Under the pieces are notes generated by a model. That model made no database searches, was not told the origin of the DNA, and was given only the letters and a program-made list of their open reading frames with translations. A stretch of 64,000 bases of DNA from Ramazzottius varieornatus (lineage: Eukaryota > Animalia > Tardigrada), in the NCBI GenBank assembly GCA_001949185.1, contig BDGG01000003.1:4709092-4773091 (forward strand), read 5' to 3'. Positions 38,142 through 51,074 of the stretch are shown piece by piece; positions within the stretch are counted from its first letter, which is position 1; every line of letters begins with the position of its first letter. The translations under genes were made by a program, and so were the position numbers.

Positions 38142-39628
38142 CTAATTTGGGGATACTTTTTTTGTGGCTGGATTGTTCATTAAATTCGTCGAAGTTTGCT
38201 CGGCTGGTTTGACACTAGGTTTCTTTTGTGGTGCTGATAGGCTCTGTTGAGGGACATTCTTTGGAGCAGTAGTTTTCTTGATGGTTTCTTTCGGTAGAGA
38301 AGCAGTTGTCTGCTGTTCGATAGGAGGCACTTCGGCCGTCTCTTGTTCTGCCGCGCCTTCCACCATATGCTTGCGCGGTTCCTCGTCGTCCTCTGGTCCT
38401 TCGTACTCGTCGTCGAGGACGCCGGTGGGAGAGATTCTTGGACAGTGGAGGCATCTTGACTCGTTCATGCCGTAGTTGAGGCAGTGGCTTCCCACGCACT
38501 GACAGCATCCGTCGTGAAACCATCGGTAGGAGCTGGCGCCCAAAGACCGACAGTTTTTGGAGCATTTACCCCATGGCATGCATTGGGACATGAAGGCAAC
38601 TGTGCAGTTCCGCGAACTCCAACCTGTTCTCGGAGAATCCTTCGACACTAAAAAGCCACAAATGCACAAACCGATGAAGTGGGAACTCGACGGAGAAACT
38701 CGCCCGTATCGGTTTCCATGTGGCGCATGTCTTCAACGGTATTGATTGGCAGCTTGCGCCGCTGGGGAAAACGATCTTGTCGAGTTTGATTGCTGTCCCA
38801 AGTGGCGCATGTCTGCACTGGTATTGGCCACTTGGGGGAACGATTTGATCGAGCTTGATTGCCGAGCTCCCGAATACTGTAGTCTTACTGCCAAAGGAAA
38901 CGAAACATCAACGTACCGACTCCGACCTCCATGCTTGGATTGGTTACGGGACTGAGAAATGACGGAAGGTCTCTGTGTGATGGATAAGTGTAGGATGTCC
39001 AGCGGCCCGTTGGGTCGTGTTCCTCCGTCAGTGCATCGAAGAGTTCGGGAATAGGGTCGTCGATGTTCTCCACGTGTGAAGTCTTGTTTAGGCTGGACGG
39101 CGTCGTGACTTCCTTCGGGCACATATCTGAAGTAGACACAACAGATTTCAGCCTGTTCGGCCACTGGTCACTTCCATGAATTAGAGTATGGGATTTCGGC
39201 TGACAAATCCACCCAGATCGTCATCCCGAGTGGCGCAAATTCTCAGCGCTACTAGCTGAGAGCGTGCGCCACTCAGGATAACGATCTGAGTGGATTCGTT
39301 AGCCGAAGGCCCACATTGCTACTACCACCGTAGTCTTCCATGGATCCAAAACTTGCTAAACTATGCGAAGAAAAAATGGTCGGGAATTACTTGCACTGGT
39401 GGACTTACCGACACATTGGCAACAGTCGGCAAACAGTTCACCCAAACACTGGAAGCACGATTTGCAACAGGTGCAGTTGATCACATCGCATTTACATGCA
39501 TCAATTAGGAGGCATTTGCTGACAATACTCCCACAAATAGCTTCCTTGCAGCCACGATTAACTTGACAGGATACAAAATAGCCGAAAGTAAGGCATAACA
39601 CAGTAAGCGTAACCAATTTCCGGTCCAT
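38142..39628 (-). CDS. tsg: Twisted gastrulation BMP modulator, 3 exons
   Basis: Signal peptide, CKEAICGSIVSKCLLIDACKC...CCQCV|DMCP...SHVE...PELFDALT...NCTVAFMSQCMPWGKC...SLGASSYRWFHDGCCQCVG...CLNYGMNESRCLHC. Confidence 0.93.
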
Positions 39629-40512
39629 GTTAGTGGAGAATTTAAGTGCCATCAACGAAGAACCCAAACATATATTTCCTCATAAATTCGTAACTGACGT
39701 TCTCAATCAATCTCATTGTATTCCCGTGTTAAATCTCGCACTTTGAGCAAAATCGTTCACGAACAGCTAGAAAGATTGATACAGCTTGTCTTCGAATTTG
39801 GTCTATCGATCAGCTTGACTGGTATGTCTTTCTTCAAGATAAGAGAGAACATTATTGTACCTCGTTCTCTCCTTTTCAGCTCCAGGCGATGCAGTATCGA
39901 CACCAGCACAGCTACCGCAGAAACTCAACCACCTGACCAGAATAAGTGAACAACCATGAACACAAACGTTATTCGTGTCGATGATAGCAGGGGCTGTTAC
40001 TGCAACCAGAAGGGAAATCGGTTCCGCTTCTCTTCTGCAAGGAAAGAATGGAAGTTCAGTAGGCAGATTATACAAGCAAGTTTTCCAAGTGACGCACGCT
40101 TTCAGCCGATAACCCTGGAGAAGTGCGCTACTTGGACGGACGATCTGGTCAAGTCTGCCTGCCGAACTTCGGAATATCCGCTGGAGGACGGTGTAGAGCA
40201 TTCAGGTTCAATGAAGGGTACCTCCTTGAGAAAGTCTGTTTGGGGGGTCTCGGAGTTTCTGCTAGACAGCCCAAACAGTTTTGAATGCGAAACTCGTTTC
40301 GTGTGACAGAGTTACGAACCCGGAAGTAGGAAATCACGGATCCACTGGCTTTGGGTTTATTGCTGCCAAACTTTCGCACTGCAAAAGAAAAACCACGAGC
40401 GAGAAAAAAGAAGATCCTCTGACGGAATAGATGGAGCTAAACTCAAGAAACTCCAAAGAACAAAATTCAACGAAAGGGACTCAATAAATAATTCAGATTT
40501 TCCGGATCAGTA

Positions 40513-41130
40513 CACGCGGCTGGCCTAATTACTGGCCTGGAACAAAATTTCTGGCCGGACGGGCTGGCGGCAGTTTAATGCAGAGATTGCTATGTCGTAG
40601 CAGAAACTGTCCCTGTGCCGTCAGCAAGTAAAATTTCGCAGTGCAATATGCGGAATACAGTCATTCCAGATTTCGTTCCTTATTTCGTACTTCCTTTCCC
40701 ATCTTGAGCAAGGTTAGCCTGGAATATGCCGGAAGGTCTTAAGAGCAAGAGACAGCAAAAGTATACGAAGGATAGCCTGATAGTTGGTTTCAGTTGGTCC
40801 GTGCGGTCGCAGTTCAAGCCTTGATAAGGTGGTGGATTGCCCAAGTAAAGGCCTTCCCGGCGAGAGAAGTCAAGCTTGCACGTTGATTTACCATCAGAGC
40901 TGCATTTGCCCAACAAAATAACCAAGCATATAGAAGGAAATGAGATTTACGATGATTGAGAAGATCTCTGCAGACCGTTTGGTTGTTCGTGACTTCGTGT
41001 AGGTAAAGCGGTAATGTGTGGTGAAAGCCAGTTCCGTTTCAGCCGCAAGCTGATACAGCTGGCGGAGCCGCTGATTCCGAAATTAGTAGCCAGAAATTTT
41101 GTCCAGGCCAATAATTAGGCCAGCCGCGTG
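40513..41130. mobile_element. Non-autonomous DNA transposon (MITE), Tc1/mariner-type, 618 bp
   Basis: About 43-bp terminal inverted repeats CACGCGGCTGGCCTAATTA(C/T)TGGCCTGG(A)ACAAAATTTCTGGC at 40513-40555 and 41089-41130; TA on both sides (40511-40512, 41131-41132); no transposase ORF. Confidence 0.85.
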
Positions 41131-41227
41131 TATGCGAAACTTAATTTTGCCTCACAAAAACTCGGCTCGATAGCCAGAAGAGATCAAAGTACTGGGAGTA
41201 AATATTATCAGATGAAGAACTTAAATC

Positions 41228-43495
41228 TCAGATGTTACACTTATCAAACATCTTCTGGACGTCTCGCAGATCGCACAAGAGGTGCCGCTGTGTAGCGTGA
41301 TCAGCGACATCACGGTCTGTTCGGGTTCGCTCGACTTTCCGCGACCTTCCTGCCTTTTCTTTATCCATTCCTACATCTCGTTCCTGATATTTCTCCATAC
41401 GCTGAAGGAGGTCACGGAGACGTTCTTTCATGGCGGACTTACGTCGCAGTAAGTACCGAAGGTGCGTACGAGAAGTAGCCGTTGGAATCTCCAGCTTCAC
41501 TCGTTCGTACCTTCGATACATCGCCGCGTATTCTTTCTCCAACTCTTCCATCTTATTCTTCGATCTGGTAGTCATGACTGGATACTTTACTCTGTCTTTC
41601 GATGCTACACCATCCCCCTCGGAAGACTGGCACAGCTGCGGATGGTGCGTCTTCAACTTACCTGCAAAAGGACACTGCCTGACATAACATAGTCTAAACA
41701 AATTAGTTACACACTAGTCAGTAATATCATGTCAAGTGTTGCAGGTAATGTCTAAATGCAGTAATTTACCTATGACTTGCTGGACATTCGCCTTCACATT
41801 AAAGCTCGGTCCCGAAGGATTACTCGGAAGGAACGGCAAGTTATGCATGTCGAGGTGGTAGTGCTGCAAGCTCTGAAGGGCTTCGCCAACAGTCTCGGAA
41901 TGTTTAGGTGTAGCAATGTTGTGTGAATGGCATTTGCGGGACTTCAACCGGACACGATCTCGTTCCCTTCTTCGCTGCATGACCACAGGACGCTGGACGT
42001 GACGACCACCTCGAGGACTGTGCTTCGCGACTTTTCCGCGTTTCCCGTCCTTCATTTTGATCTTGTAGGCATCGTAATCCAGTGAGCCAGTAGAACTTCC
42101 TGAATGACGACGTCTGGAAGGACGAGAAAGATGACGGACATTCTTGGCTTCTTTCTCGTTCGAATGAGCTCGTCTGCAGTCTGCTTCTTCGCTGTCTTCG
42201 CGAGCGTTGCATTTGTTGGAAGGAGGAATATCGGTGCTTTGGCTAGAAAAGCCATTCGTCTGCATCCGTGCTTCAGCGGGCCCGGCGATTTGAACCTTGA
42301 GCTGATCGAGACGGGAAGTGATGTCCTGGAGCAGACCGTTGAACGTGCCTGCTCCTTGAGGTAACTCAAACGCTCGCTTGTAGCTAGCTGGAGGAATGGC
42401 AGCGTACGAAGAGACGCTCCAGTTATCGTCAGCTTCCAGCATGCATTCTGTAACAACGGGCTTGTAGAGGGCATTCATTCCTGCAGGTTTGAACAAGTAT
42501 TGGCTCGAAGACGCGCTTCTTCGTCAACAGCGTTGGACTTGGACGGATGTTTTAGACAGCCTAGTATCAAAAATAACGCAGCTGTCTCGTGCAACCTGCC
42601 ACGAAGCGCTAAAACTGGCAATTCTACCATGGGTGTGGAAATCCCACCTTGAATAGTCAAGAGACCCAGTGCTCGAACAACATTCGAGTCGGTTTTTGAA
42701 GATTGGAAAAATGTTGATTGACTGATACTGCCTGTGAGCTGGGCTGTGCTTAAACCTGGAGAGCCGCTCTGCGTTTTCTGTATTTCACTGTCTAAATCAC
42801 CCGTCCAACGCTGTTCGTCAACCGTCTTCCGGCCTGAAAATACACACGTAAGGGTTGAGTTAGTCATAACTCATAAGCGTAACACGGTGTCCTCAAGGGC
42901 CTTGAAGGCATTGGTTGACCTTTACTGGTCCACCCCTGAAGGGGCTGGGGTTCCAGGTAATTTTACAGGTAAGAGCCGTGGCGAGAAGAAAGCGGGCGGC
43001 TTTAGCAATAAGCGTGCAGTAAAATAAACCACGAAAGCACAGGCTTCTAAGGAGAGCCAGCCATTTACCTGTCTCGGTTGTGGGCCTCTCGGAGTCTCGT
43101 GAGAAGGATCGTTGGATTTGATCATCTGTGTCTGCGTCAGTCTTATGATTCACCTTCCATATCTTTCTTTCCTTCCTTCTGTTAACAAGAGCTAATGGGT
43201 GAGAAATTTTATCGTGAGCTGCACGAGCAGCACCAGTCTACGCGGTTGTACGTGCATTGTCGCTGAAGGAAGCATTTTCCGTGTGTGTGCTCTTGTGTGC
43301 TTGCCCTCGTGCTTTGGACTGCCTTGTGCGCGTTCTCTTCTGGCCCGTGTTACTACCTACATTGCAGCTGCTGCCTTCGACAACCACAATCCGTGTTTTA
43401 GTGGTCTTTAAAGCACACGCTGTCGATTTTCTGCAAGTAAAAGGTACAGCTTCAGACGTTCTACCCTTCGATGTGTGAATATTTATACCGAACAT
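41228..43495 (-). CDS. CEP57/translokin-like centrosomal coiled-coil protein (divergent); 5' exon structure uncertain
   Basis: QHYHLDMHNLPFLPSNPSGPSFNVKANVQQVIG|KLKTHHPQLC (intron 41662-41769) resembles the conserved CEP57 HY.L....PF......PS..V.ANVQ.V motif, followed by a C-terminal coiled coil. Confidence 0.6.
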
Positions 43496-43609
43496 ATGTG
43501 AGAATATTGTTGCCCCGTTTGTGTTGCGCAGTGGAACTATTCATCTTTCCAGGCTGAATCTCTCTTTGTCTGGATTTCTCACGTGAAATGTACATCCGAT
43601 GATGGGAAA

Positions 43610-46600
43610 ATGTCTACAAAATTGAAGGATTTGAATCATCTGAACGGAAGCGTGGTGGAAGTCAAGAGCAAGGTGAGAATTTTGTCGAAGAGTATCCCTT
43701 CGAAATTCAATCTATGCCACCTGTTTGACGCAGCCATAAATTATCAGGGTATGAATATGGCAGCAAACCAATCAAGGAAAGCCGAATCAAACCACTCTGT
43801 TGATGTTGATTGCCTGGATAATGGCCATCAGGCTGCAAGGTTAATCGGCAGTGACGTCTTCCACAGCTTTAGATGGGCTGCTGAGTTGATTGGTTGTCTG
43901 GATTGATGGATTGTGGGGGTTCCATTCTAATTCTGTTTTCTTTCAGTTCGACGCGGAATTTCGTCGCTTCGCCATCAGAAAGTTTTCCGGCGAGAAGTTT
44001 GAGGATCTGTATCAGACACTACAGCGCCTTCATGGATTACAGAGCATTCCCTTCGTGATATTCTATACCGACAAGGATGGCGACCTTCTTCCCATCAACA
44101 ACAATGAAAATTACATGAAAGCCTTGACGTCGCCCCTGACGGTACTCAGAATATCGGTGCAGCGCAAAGGTAAGTTCTCATGAAATTACTTTGTGAGGAA
44201 AGGCAGAAAAGACACAGACGAACAGATAATCAGCTTCACTTCACGAGACTTCATCGAGATTAGGAATGATGCGCCACTCTTAAAGCCGAAAGACAAGACG
44301 TGAAGGCGCGCTCTTATCAGTCCAGCAGGCAGATTACTATTTGCATGCTTGATGCTGGCTACCAGATACAAAACAGTCCATCTTTCGGTTTTTTTCCAAA
44401 TATTTCAGCAGCATTCGGGCCAATTCCACGTTCCAACAACATCGTTTTTTCCCAGAGACGCACAATGTCAGCCCATGACACCCAGAACGTGCGCCTCTTG
44501 GCAAAAATGGTTTTTTCCCGGGTTCCTTTGCCGAGCTTCCAGAGTGCAGACCAATCAGAATCGGTAATTGGCTTTCTTCTGCCATAAGTTTCAGTTTCGC
44601 TTCTCGGCTTTCTTTCCATGCTCAGGAACGACAAGCTTCGATAGTCGCGTTCGTAGGATCTTCGCGGCGATTTTCCTGGGTTCTGTGGTGAAGAACTGCA
44701 TGGAGTTTCGTCAGTCTTTTGTATTGGTAAGGTTCAGGGAATTTAGAAAGGGTTCCTTTCGAGTGGGCCGTTGCCGATTGTGCGCATGGGTAGGCTGTGA
44801 ACCATGTTTATGTCATGAAGGAGTTTTGGCTTGAGGGAATGTTGGAGCTTCTGCTTGCCGTGGAATTAGCATTTTGTGCAGTGGAGCTTGACAGGCTGGT
44901 TGTTGAGCACGTAACGATGGCAGGCTGTGGCCAGCCATGCCGTACAAGCCACTTGTCCTGCAGAAGAGCGCGCCATGTCAAGCGGATAAACCAGAACGTG
45001 ATAGAGAACCTGCGCCGGAGAGCTGACGGACATTTGACTTCCATGCGTGCCTCTTAACTGCGTCGGATTTGGTACAGTTTCTCTTTTGAGCTCTCGTATG
45101 ATGAAATGCAACTCGAGGGAAAATTCTTATATCGAAGCATGACCAAGATCAATGTCAAAGAAGTAATTTCGTAGTGAGGTACGTACCTGCATATATTCGA
45201 GTCATGACAATCTCATGGCAAAGAGTTCGTAGGTACGCGGAGTTGTAGAATTTCAGGAACCTGCTTACATTAATACCGTGCTCAGTAGATGGTGTGCGAT
45301 ATGCAGGTTAGTGGTTTGGCTTGGCGACTCTCCTGACGAGTTATTACGGTCGAGGTTTGAGCGGAATCTTTGTGTCGGTGAAGTTTTTCCGCGTCGTTAG
45401 GCATTTGTGCGGCGGAATGACAGAATGGTCATTAAGTACGTCTGACTCTTGAAAGAATTACAGCGGTGAGCCGACCTTTGGCTATTTTTTGCGTAATTTC
45501 CGCGACTCGTGTGTTTTCTGATGGCGCAGCTGAAATTAACTTTAAGCCGGTTGCCATTATTTACTCGTTCGTACGTTGAGTTTGAATCCATCCATTCCAC
45601 CAACATCAATAATTGCAACAGTTTCGATTGCGAGCTTCTCGTAACATTAATATTGGTTCACCCTTTGGGCGGCTTATGAGCTGCGGAAAAACCGACGGGC
45701 TCGTTGTGACGCTTATGAGATGTTCGCAGATTATTTAGTTATCGCCGGTGTGTTGGCGCAATTTGTCTTCGTCTAATTGATATTCTGGGTCGCCCCCACG
45801 AACTCTGCAAAAATATCGACAACAGACTCGATGAATAGTTTTGTCTTTTGAGGTGAATCTGGTTTGCGAAGATCCCTCAAGGTCTTCGCCTACTCGAAGA
45901 ACCCGTTCTGTATGATTGTTATTTTAACAATCATTCGAACACACGTTATGTTCTTGTCAAATTATTTGATGTAAAAACGCAGTGTTCGCTTTTGTCGAAG
46001 CTTGCCGAGATTTTCGTCCAACTCATAGTAAAAGATAAATGGTTTTTGATGCCCAGACAAGCTTGACAAGATGTTCTCCCCAATGGCGGACGTTTCCAGC
46101 CAAAAACACTGACTTTGTTAACCACTTGGGGAGAAGAATAAATTTCAAAGATTGTTTTTCAAGTGGCGCACTTTTATAGTATTATTGGCTGTATGCATGC
46201 GCCACTTGGGAAGGCTTTGTCGAATTTGATTGTGGAGCTCCCAGCTTTGTTCAAGTTTAAATACTGTTGTGTAATCTGGATTATTTTTCAGTGTGCTCAA
46301 GGAGTTTAGCGGAAAGAAAAAATTGCCGTGTAGTACGGGGAAAATGGGCGTTTGGCAGTGGAAGGGATAATTCTTCTCAGTGATTCGTTCCTCATGGAAT
46401 GCGCATTTGTTTTGGTGCTGATATCCGTTCGGCGCGACCTCATAAATTCATAACAAAGACTGGTCCTAGTCGTCCTGCTGATAAGGGTGCTAGTGAAACG
46501 CACATGGCAAGGTTGAGTCAGCCAAGCGGACAGTAGTAATACATATTTGAAATACAAAGTGAGGGAAAGCATGGAAAAGTGGGCGGTGCAGGCATGAGGA

Positions 46601-49600
46601 TAATCGCCGGGTTCGGAGAAGAAGACTGATCCCCGTCGACAGGTAGCTGTGACACAGCTCAGGTGCTTTGTTCACCTTACTTCCATATCACAAAATATGA
46701 CCTATGCTCGGTTGTAAAATTTGGACCTGGCCTTTGTTTGATATGAGTCGAAGTTTCGAAGCCATTCTGACCTGCAATGTAAAGCTGATAATGGCGACAG
46801 GGCATATCGCAGTGGGAAACAGTCTGACCAAGAGCAACTTGTGCAAGTCCCATCTAGTTGGTCTTGATCTGACATTGAAAGAGTGATTCAGGTAATTTGA
46901 GCGACTTTCACCTGCAGATCTAAATTCTAAAATTAGCTCATTTACGTCATCGCTCTGAGGATCTCTTGACATTTTGATGAGAGCGTTGCGAAGATTAGAT
47001 CAATCGGGTTAGAGCATAGGCTCTTTCGTGGATGTTAGATAATTAAAAGATAAATGCGAGCTTCGTTTTCCAGGAAGCAAAATTTTTTTCCAGAAACGAA
47101 AATTTTCTCACCGATTTTCAGAGTTGTTGCCGCTCTCATACTACAGTATAAGAGCGGTGACATGAGAAAACTTCGCCACAGTTCCAAAAAATAGAACTGG
47201 TTGTGCGCGAGTTGCCGTGGGAAACTGTGGCTCCCCCATTTTACTTGCACCTCCCAAGCCACGCACTTACGGACGTTAAGCGCGACTTGAAGTGCATGCA
47301 TGGGTCATTCCCATGTGCACTGGCGCAAGCTGGAACAACGTTCCCCCTTCGATGCGCGAGTTGAGCGGGGTGAGACTTAGCGAGAGAAATGGAACAGCGA
47401 TACATATTTGGCCTTTTTTATGATGTGTTCGGATCTTTTTGTTAGCGCGGTATCTGGCGAAGGCATCAGACTTTGAATTAGTGAAACATGCGGTCAGATG
47501 AAATTTTGATTCAGCAATGTGGGGAGGTGGAAAGGAGGTTGGAAAGGCTGTAAACGGTTTGTTTGTTCCTGTCAGAAGATCACATGGCTGGCTTGTACCG
47601 GTATGGCAATGTTAGTCACCTTTTAGACAAATATACGGCGATCGTTTTGATGTGACACTTTGATCAACAAGAAACCAGCTTGAGCTCTGCGAACTTTGCT
47701 GGCAGAAGGTCTTTGATGTGATTTATGGCCTGCAACAAATGTTTATTCGGCCTGTCGGCACAATGCATGGCAAGGGCTTAACGTTGTTTATCACGGCGAA
47801 CCTTGCGCCGGCTGGCAATATTTACTCACGTTTCTTCGTCACGCAAAACTGAAACTGCATCGCTGAAATCCTGTATTTCCAAGCGATAATCGTCATGTTG
47901 ATTGGGCTCTAAAACAAAAATATTCTTATATTATCGAATAAGGTGAATAATGTTTTATAGGGCGCACTTGAAAACAGTCACACGTCTTTCCCGCCTTCCT
48001 CATAACAACACTGGTTTCAAAAATACCGCATAGCCTATTTAGTAGTTTTTTCTGTCTTTATTTCTATCAAAAATCTAAGACAAAATTTTGAAGTGTTCAA
48101 AAACAGATTGAAACGGGTCTCAGCTAGATCCAAAGTGGCGTACGCTTTCAGCCAATATCACTGAGAACGTGCGCCATTTGGCAAACGATCTGGGCGAGTT
48201 TGTTTAACGATCTTCCTAAGTGTAAAACATGACTAGCTAGTGGTTCTGACCACTGGGAAGGCCGAGCAAAGGAGGTAAAAGATTATAGGCCACACATTCC
48301 TACTGCGTTACGTTGCAGTTGCGATTTAAAAATTGCTGTTGCCCGGATCAAGTTACGCATTTGTTTTCAGTACAGAGTTTGCGATATGTGGAAGCTGGAA
48401 CAATCTGATCGTCTATTGATATCTCGAGACCTAAAAGGGCCTCGCTTCGCTCGGCCTGACTATCTGTTCTTTATCTGACGTCTTTTTCTGCTTCTCTTTT
48501 GCAGATGAGAACTGGAGCGATCTCATAGGCTACAGCACACTAAACCGGAAGAAGGATGCCAAGAACAAAATACTGGGGCAAATGCCCCTCTCCTCGCATT
48601 CAGCCAACAAGAATTCCAAAACGACACCGCTGAAGATTGGCATGCCAGAGGACTTCAGGTACTGTCCGGTCAATCGAAATCTGGTACCTATTTCTCCGAT
48701 TTTGTTTTGAAGTCTGCTATGCATTCGCCATACAGCACGACAAGCCAAGGCCGAAATTACATTACACATAAATTACACCGTAGCTTTACTGGTGTGATCA
48801 AGTAATCAACCCGCATGTGGACCGGCTGTGTCGGTATGGCTCGCAGTATCATTAATTTTGCACGATTTCTTTACTTTGAAATCGCAAAATCAGGTACCAG
48901 ATTTCGAGCGACCGCACTGTACCAGACACTGATCGGACGTGATATCTGACTTCCCTCTGAGGCTTTGACTGTCGTCTGTACTGAAAATGAATTGACCTGA
49001 AAATATCCTTGCTCGTTGTAGACAAGTGTCGGCCATCATCGACGTCGACATCCTCCCACAAACACTCCGACGAGTCCGGTTATTAAAACACGGCTCTGAT
49101 CGGCCTCTTGGTAAGCTTCGACTTTATGGTGCGAAAGTTTTTTCGCGCATCCGTCGTTCTTCTAAAAAAGCGCTGTCAAGTTGGTTCCGAGCATGGCCTT
49201 GTCGGATATTTCTTAGAGAAAGGGCAAAACTGAAAACTCGGCAGACAAGGCCGACAAAGTTGCTTCCCAAGTGGCGCACCGTCACCGTGTTACTGGCCGA
49301 CAGCATGCGCTACTTATAGAAAACCCTTTTTTCGAGCCTGATAAGACCCGGTTTTATGGCTATGGCGAAATACATCTCTACTGACTGGCAGCCTAATGCT
49401 GACAACTTATTGCTACTATGATCTGGGGTACTTTTTCAGGTTTCTACATTCGCGATGGAAACAGCGTGAAAGTAACGCCAACGGGAATCGTTCGAGTTCC
49501 CGGCATCTTCATATCGCGCCTCGTTCCCGGCGGCCTAGCCGAGAGCACGGGCCTTCTTTCCGTCGAAGATGAGGTGGTGGAAGTGAATGGTATTGAGGTG

Positions 49601-50328
49601 GCGGGCAAGACCCTGGACCAGGTGACGGACATGATGATCGCTAATAGTTCTAACCTGATCATCACCGTCAAACCCGCCAACCAGCGCCTGACAAAGTCCC
49701 CGTCCGACTCAGAGGCCCTGACCGATGCTCAACTGTCCAGGTCCTCGCCGGCCATGAGGAACACTCACCAGCGCTCGTCACAAATGTCCGCTTCGGCGGC
49801 TTCCACGTCGTCCTTCCCGTCCAACCAGTCCTACAGTATGGAAGACGACGACGATATGGACGAAATAAGAGATCTAACTGCAGGTTTGTGTAGAATAAAG
49901 CAACGTCCGCTGGCAACGAGAGGTCTGCGGACGTAACCAGCTTACTCGTGCAGCCACCTGTATACATACCCACTATGACAAAGGCACGCGTTGGTGTATG
50001 CATGCAGGTAGTTGCAACTGCGGTGCGTTCAGCATGCCGAATTTGCGACGACCTGCATACGTAACGTGTTTTCTTCAGCTTTAGTGATTCTTTTACATTA
50101 ACTTGGACGGTTTATGTTGCAGAGACCAAGCTTGGTCAGATAGGGAATAACAGCGGAAGTTCGGGAACCGGAAGTGATCGCCCGTCGTCTTCCTCGTCGA
50201 CCACGGCCCGAAGAGAGTCCGTCAAGGCCATGCGACCAATTAGCAACGGACTACACGTCACAAAGATTATAATTGATGGCAAAAGTAATGGCATCATTCA
50301 TGAGAACGAACAAGTTTTTACGCTCTGA
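43610..50328 (+). CDS. par-6: Partitioning defective 6 (PB1, semi-CRIB, PDZ), 6 exons
   Basis: VEVKSK|FDAEFRRF...[16 protein letters not shown]; IGMPEDFR|[27 protein letters not shown]|GFYIRDG...[19 protein letters not shown]...[10 protein letters not shown]; ends EQVFTL*. Confidence 0.95.
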
Positions 50329-51074
50329 GCTTTCAGCACCGTTTTCCATGTATCGTGAAACACACGAAAATCGTCTCTGTCGATCTTTCCATGCGTGCCT
50401 TTTATGAGATCGTAACGGTGGTTTTTAATCGTTTTTAGCCAGTAACTTCTGATCCAATGTGTTTCGGCAGCTATGTATCTTTGTATCAATATTCTGTTTT
50501 ACACCCTTTTCAGGTTTATCCGTTGCTGTACCTTTTCTGCTTTTGCAGATGTTATTGCCGCCCTTTGAATCTGTTACTGTTGCGTGAATCACTTTGGTTC
50601 ATAGTTTAAACGTTGCGTTCGGCCAGAAGAAATGAACTCTTGTACGAGACGGCATCCTTTTGAATTCCTTCGCATGCGTCACCAAGAAGACATGGTGAGA
50701 AGTGGACAACAGAGCTGGAAGAATTTGACAGGGAAGAGCCCACCGTGGCTTCAGCTCTTCACCGGAAGTCAGCTGCTTGAGTTCGGCGCCCTCTGAAAGC
50801 GACCAAGACCGTGCAGGCGGTACAGCTTTAGTCCAGATCAGTGCGAAGGTTCCCGAGCCTTAATGTAACCGTCAAGGTATTTTTCCTGAAGCGGCGCAAG
50901 AAGGAATTTTCCTCTCAGCTTTTAATCGATGGTCATTCTCATCAGGAAGGTTGTACGAACAGTACAACAAGGTCTTGTTAAGCTCTAATCGATTGACAGG
51001 CGAGAAAAAAAGAGCGGATTTTGCTTGAGAACTTTATTAACATAATAGAATGTAAAAAGTCACAGCAGACAAGT

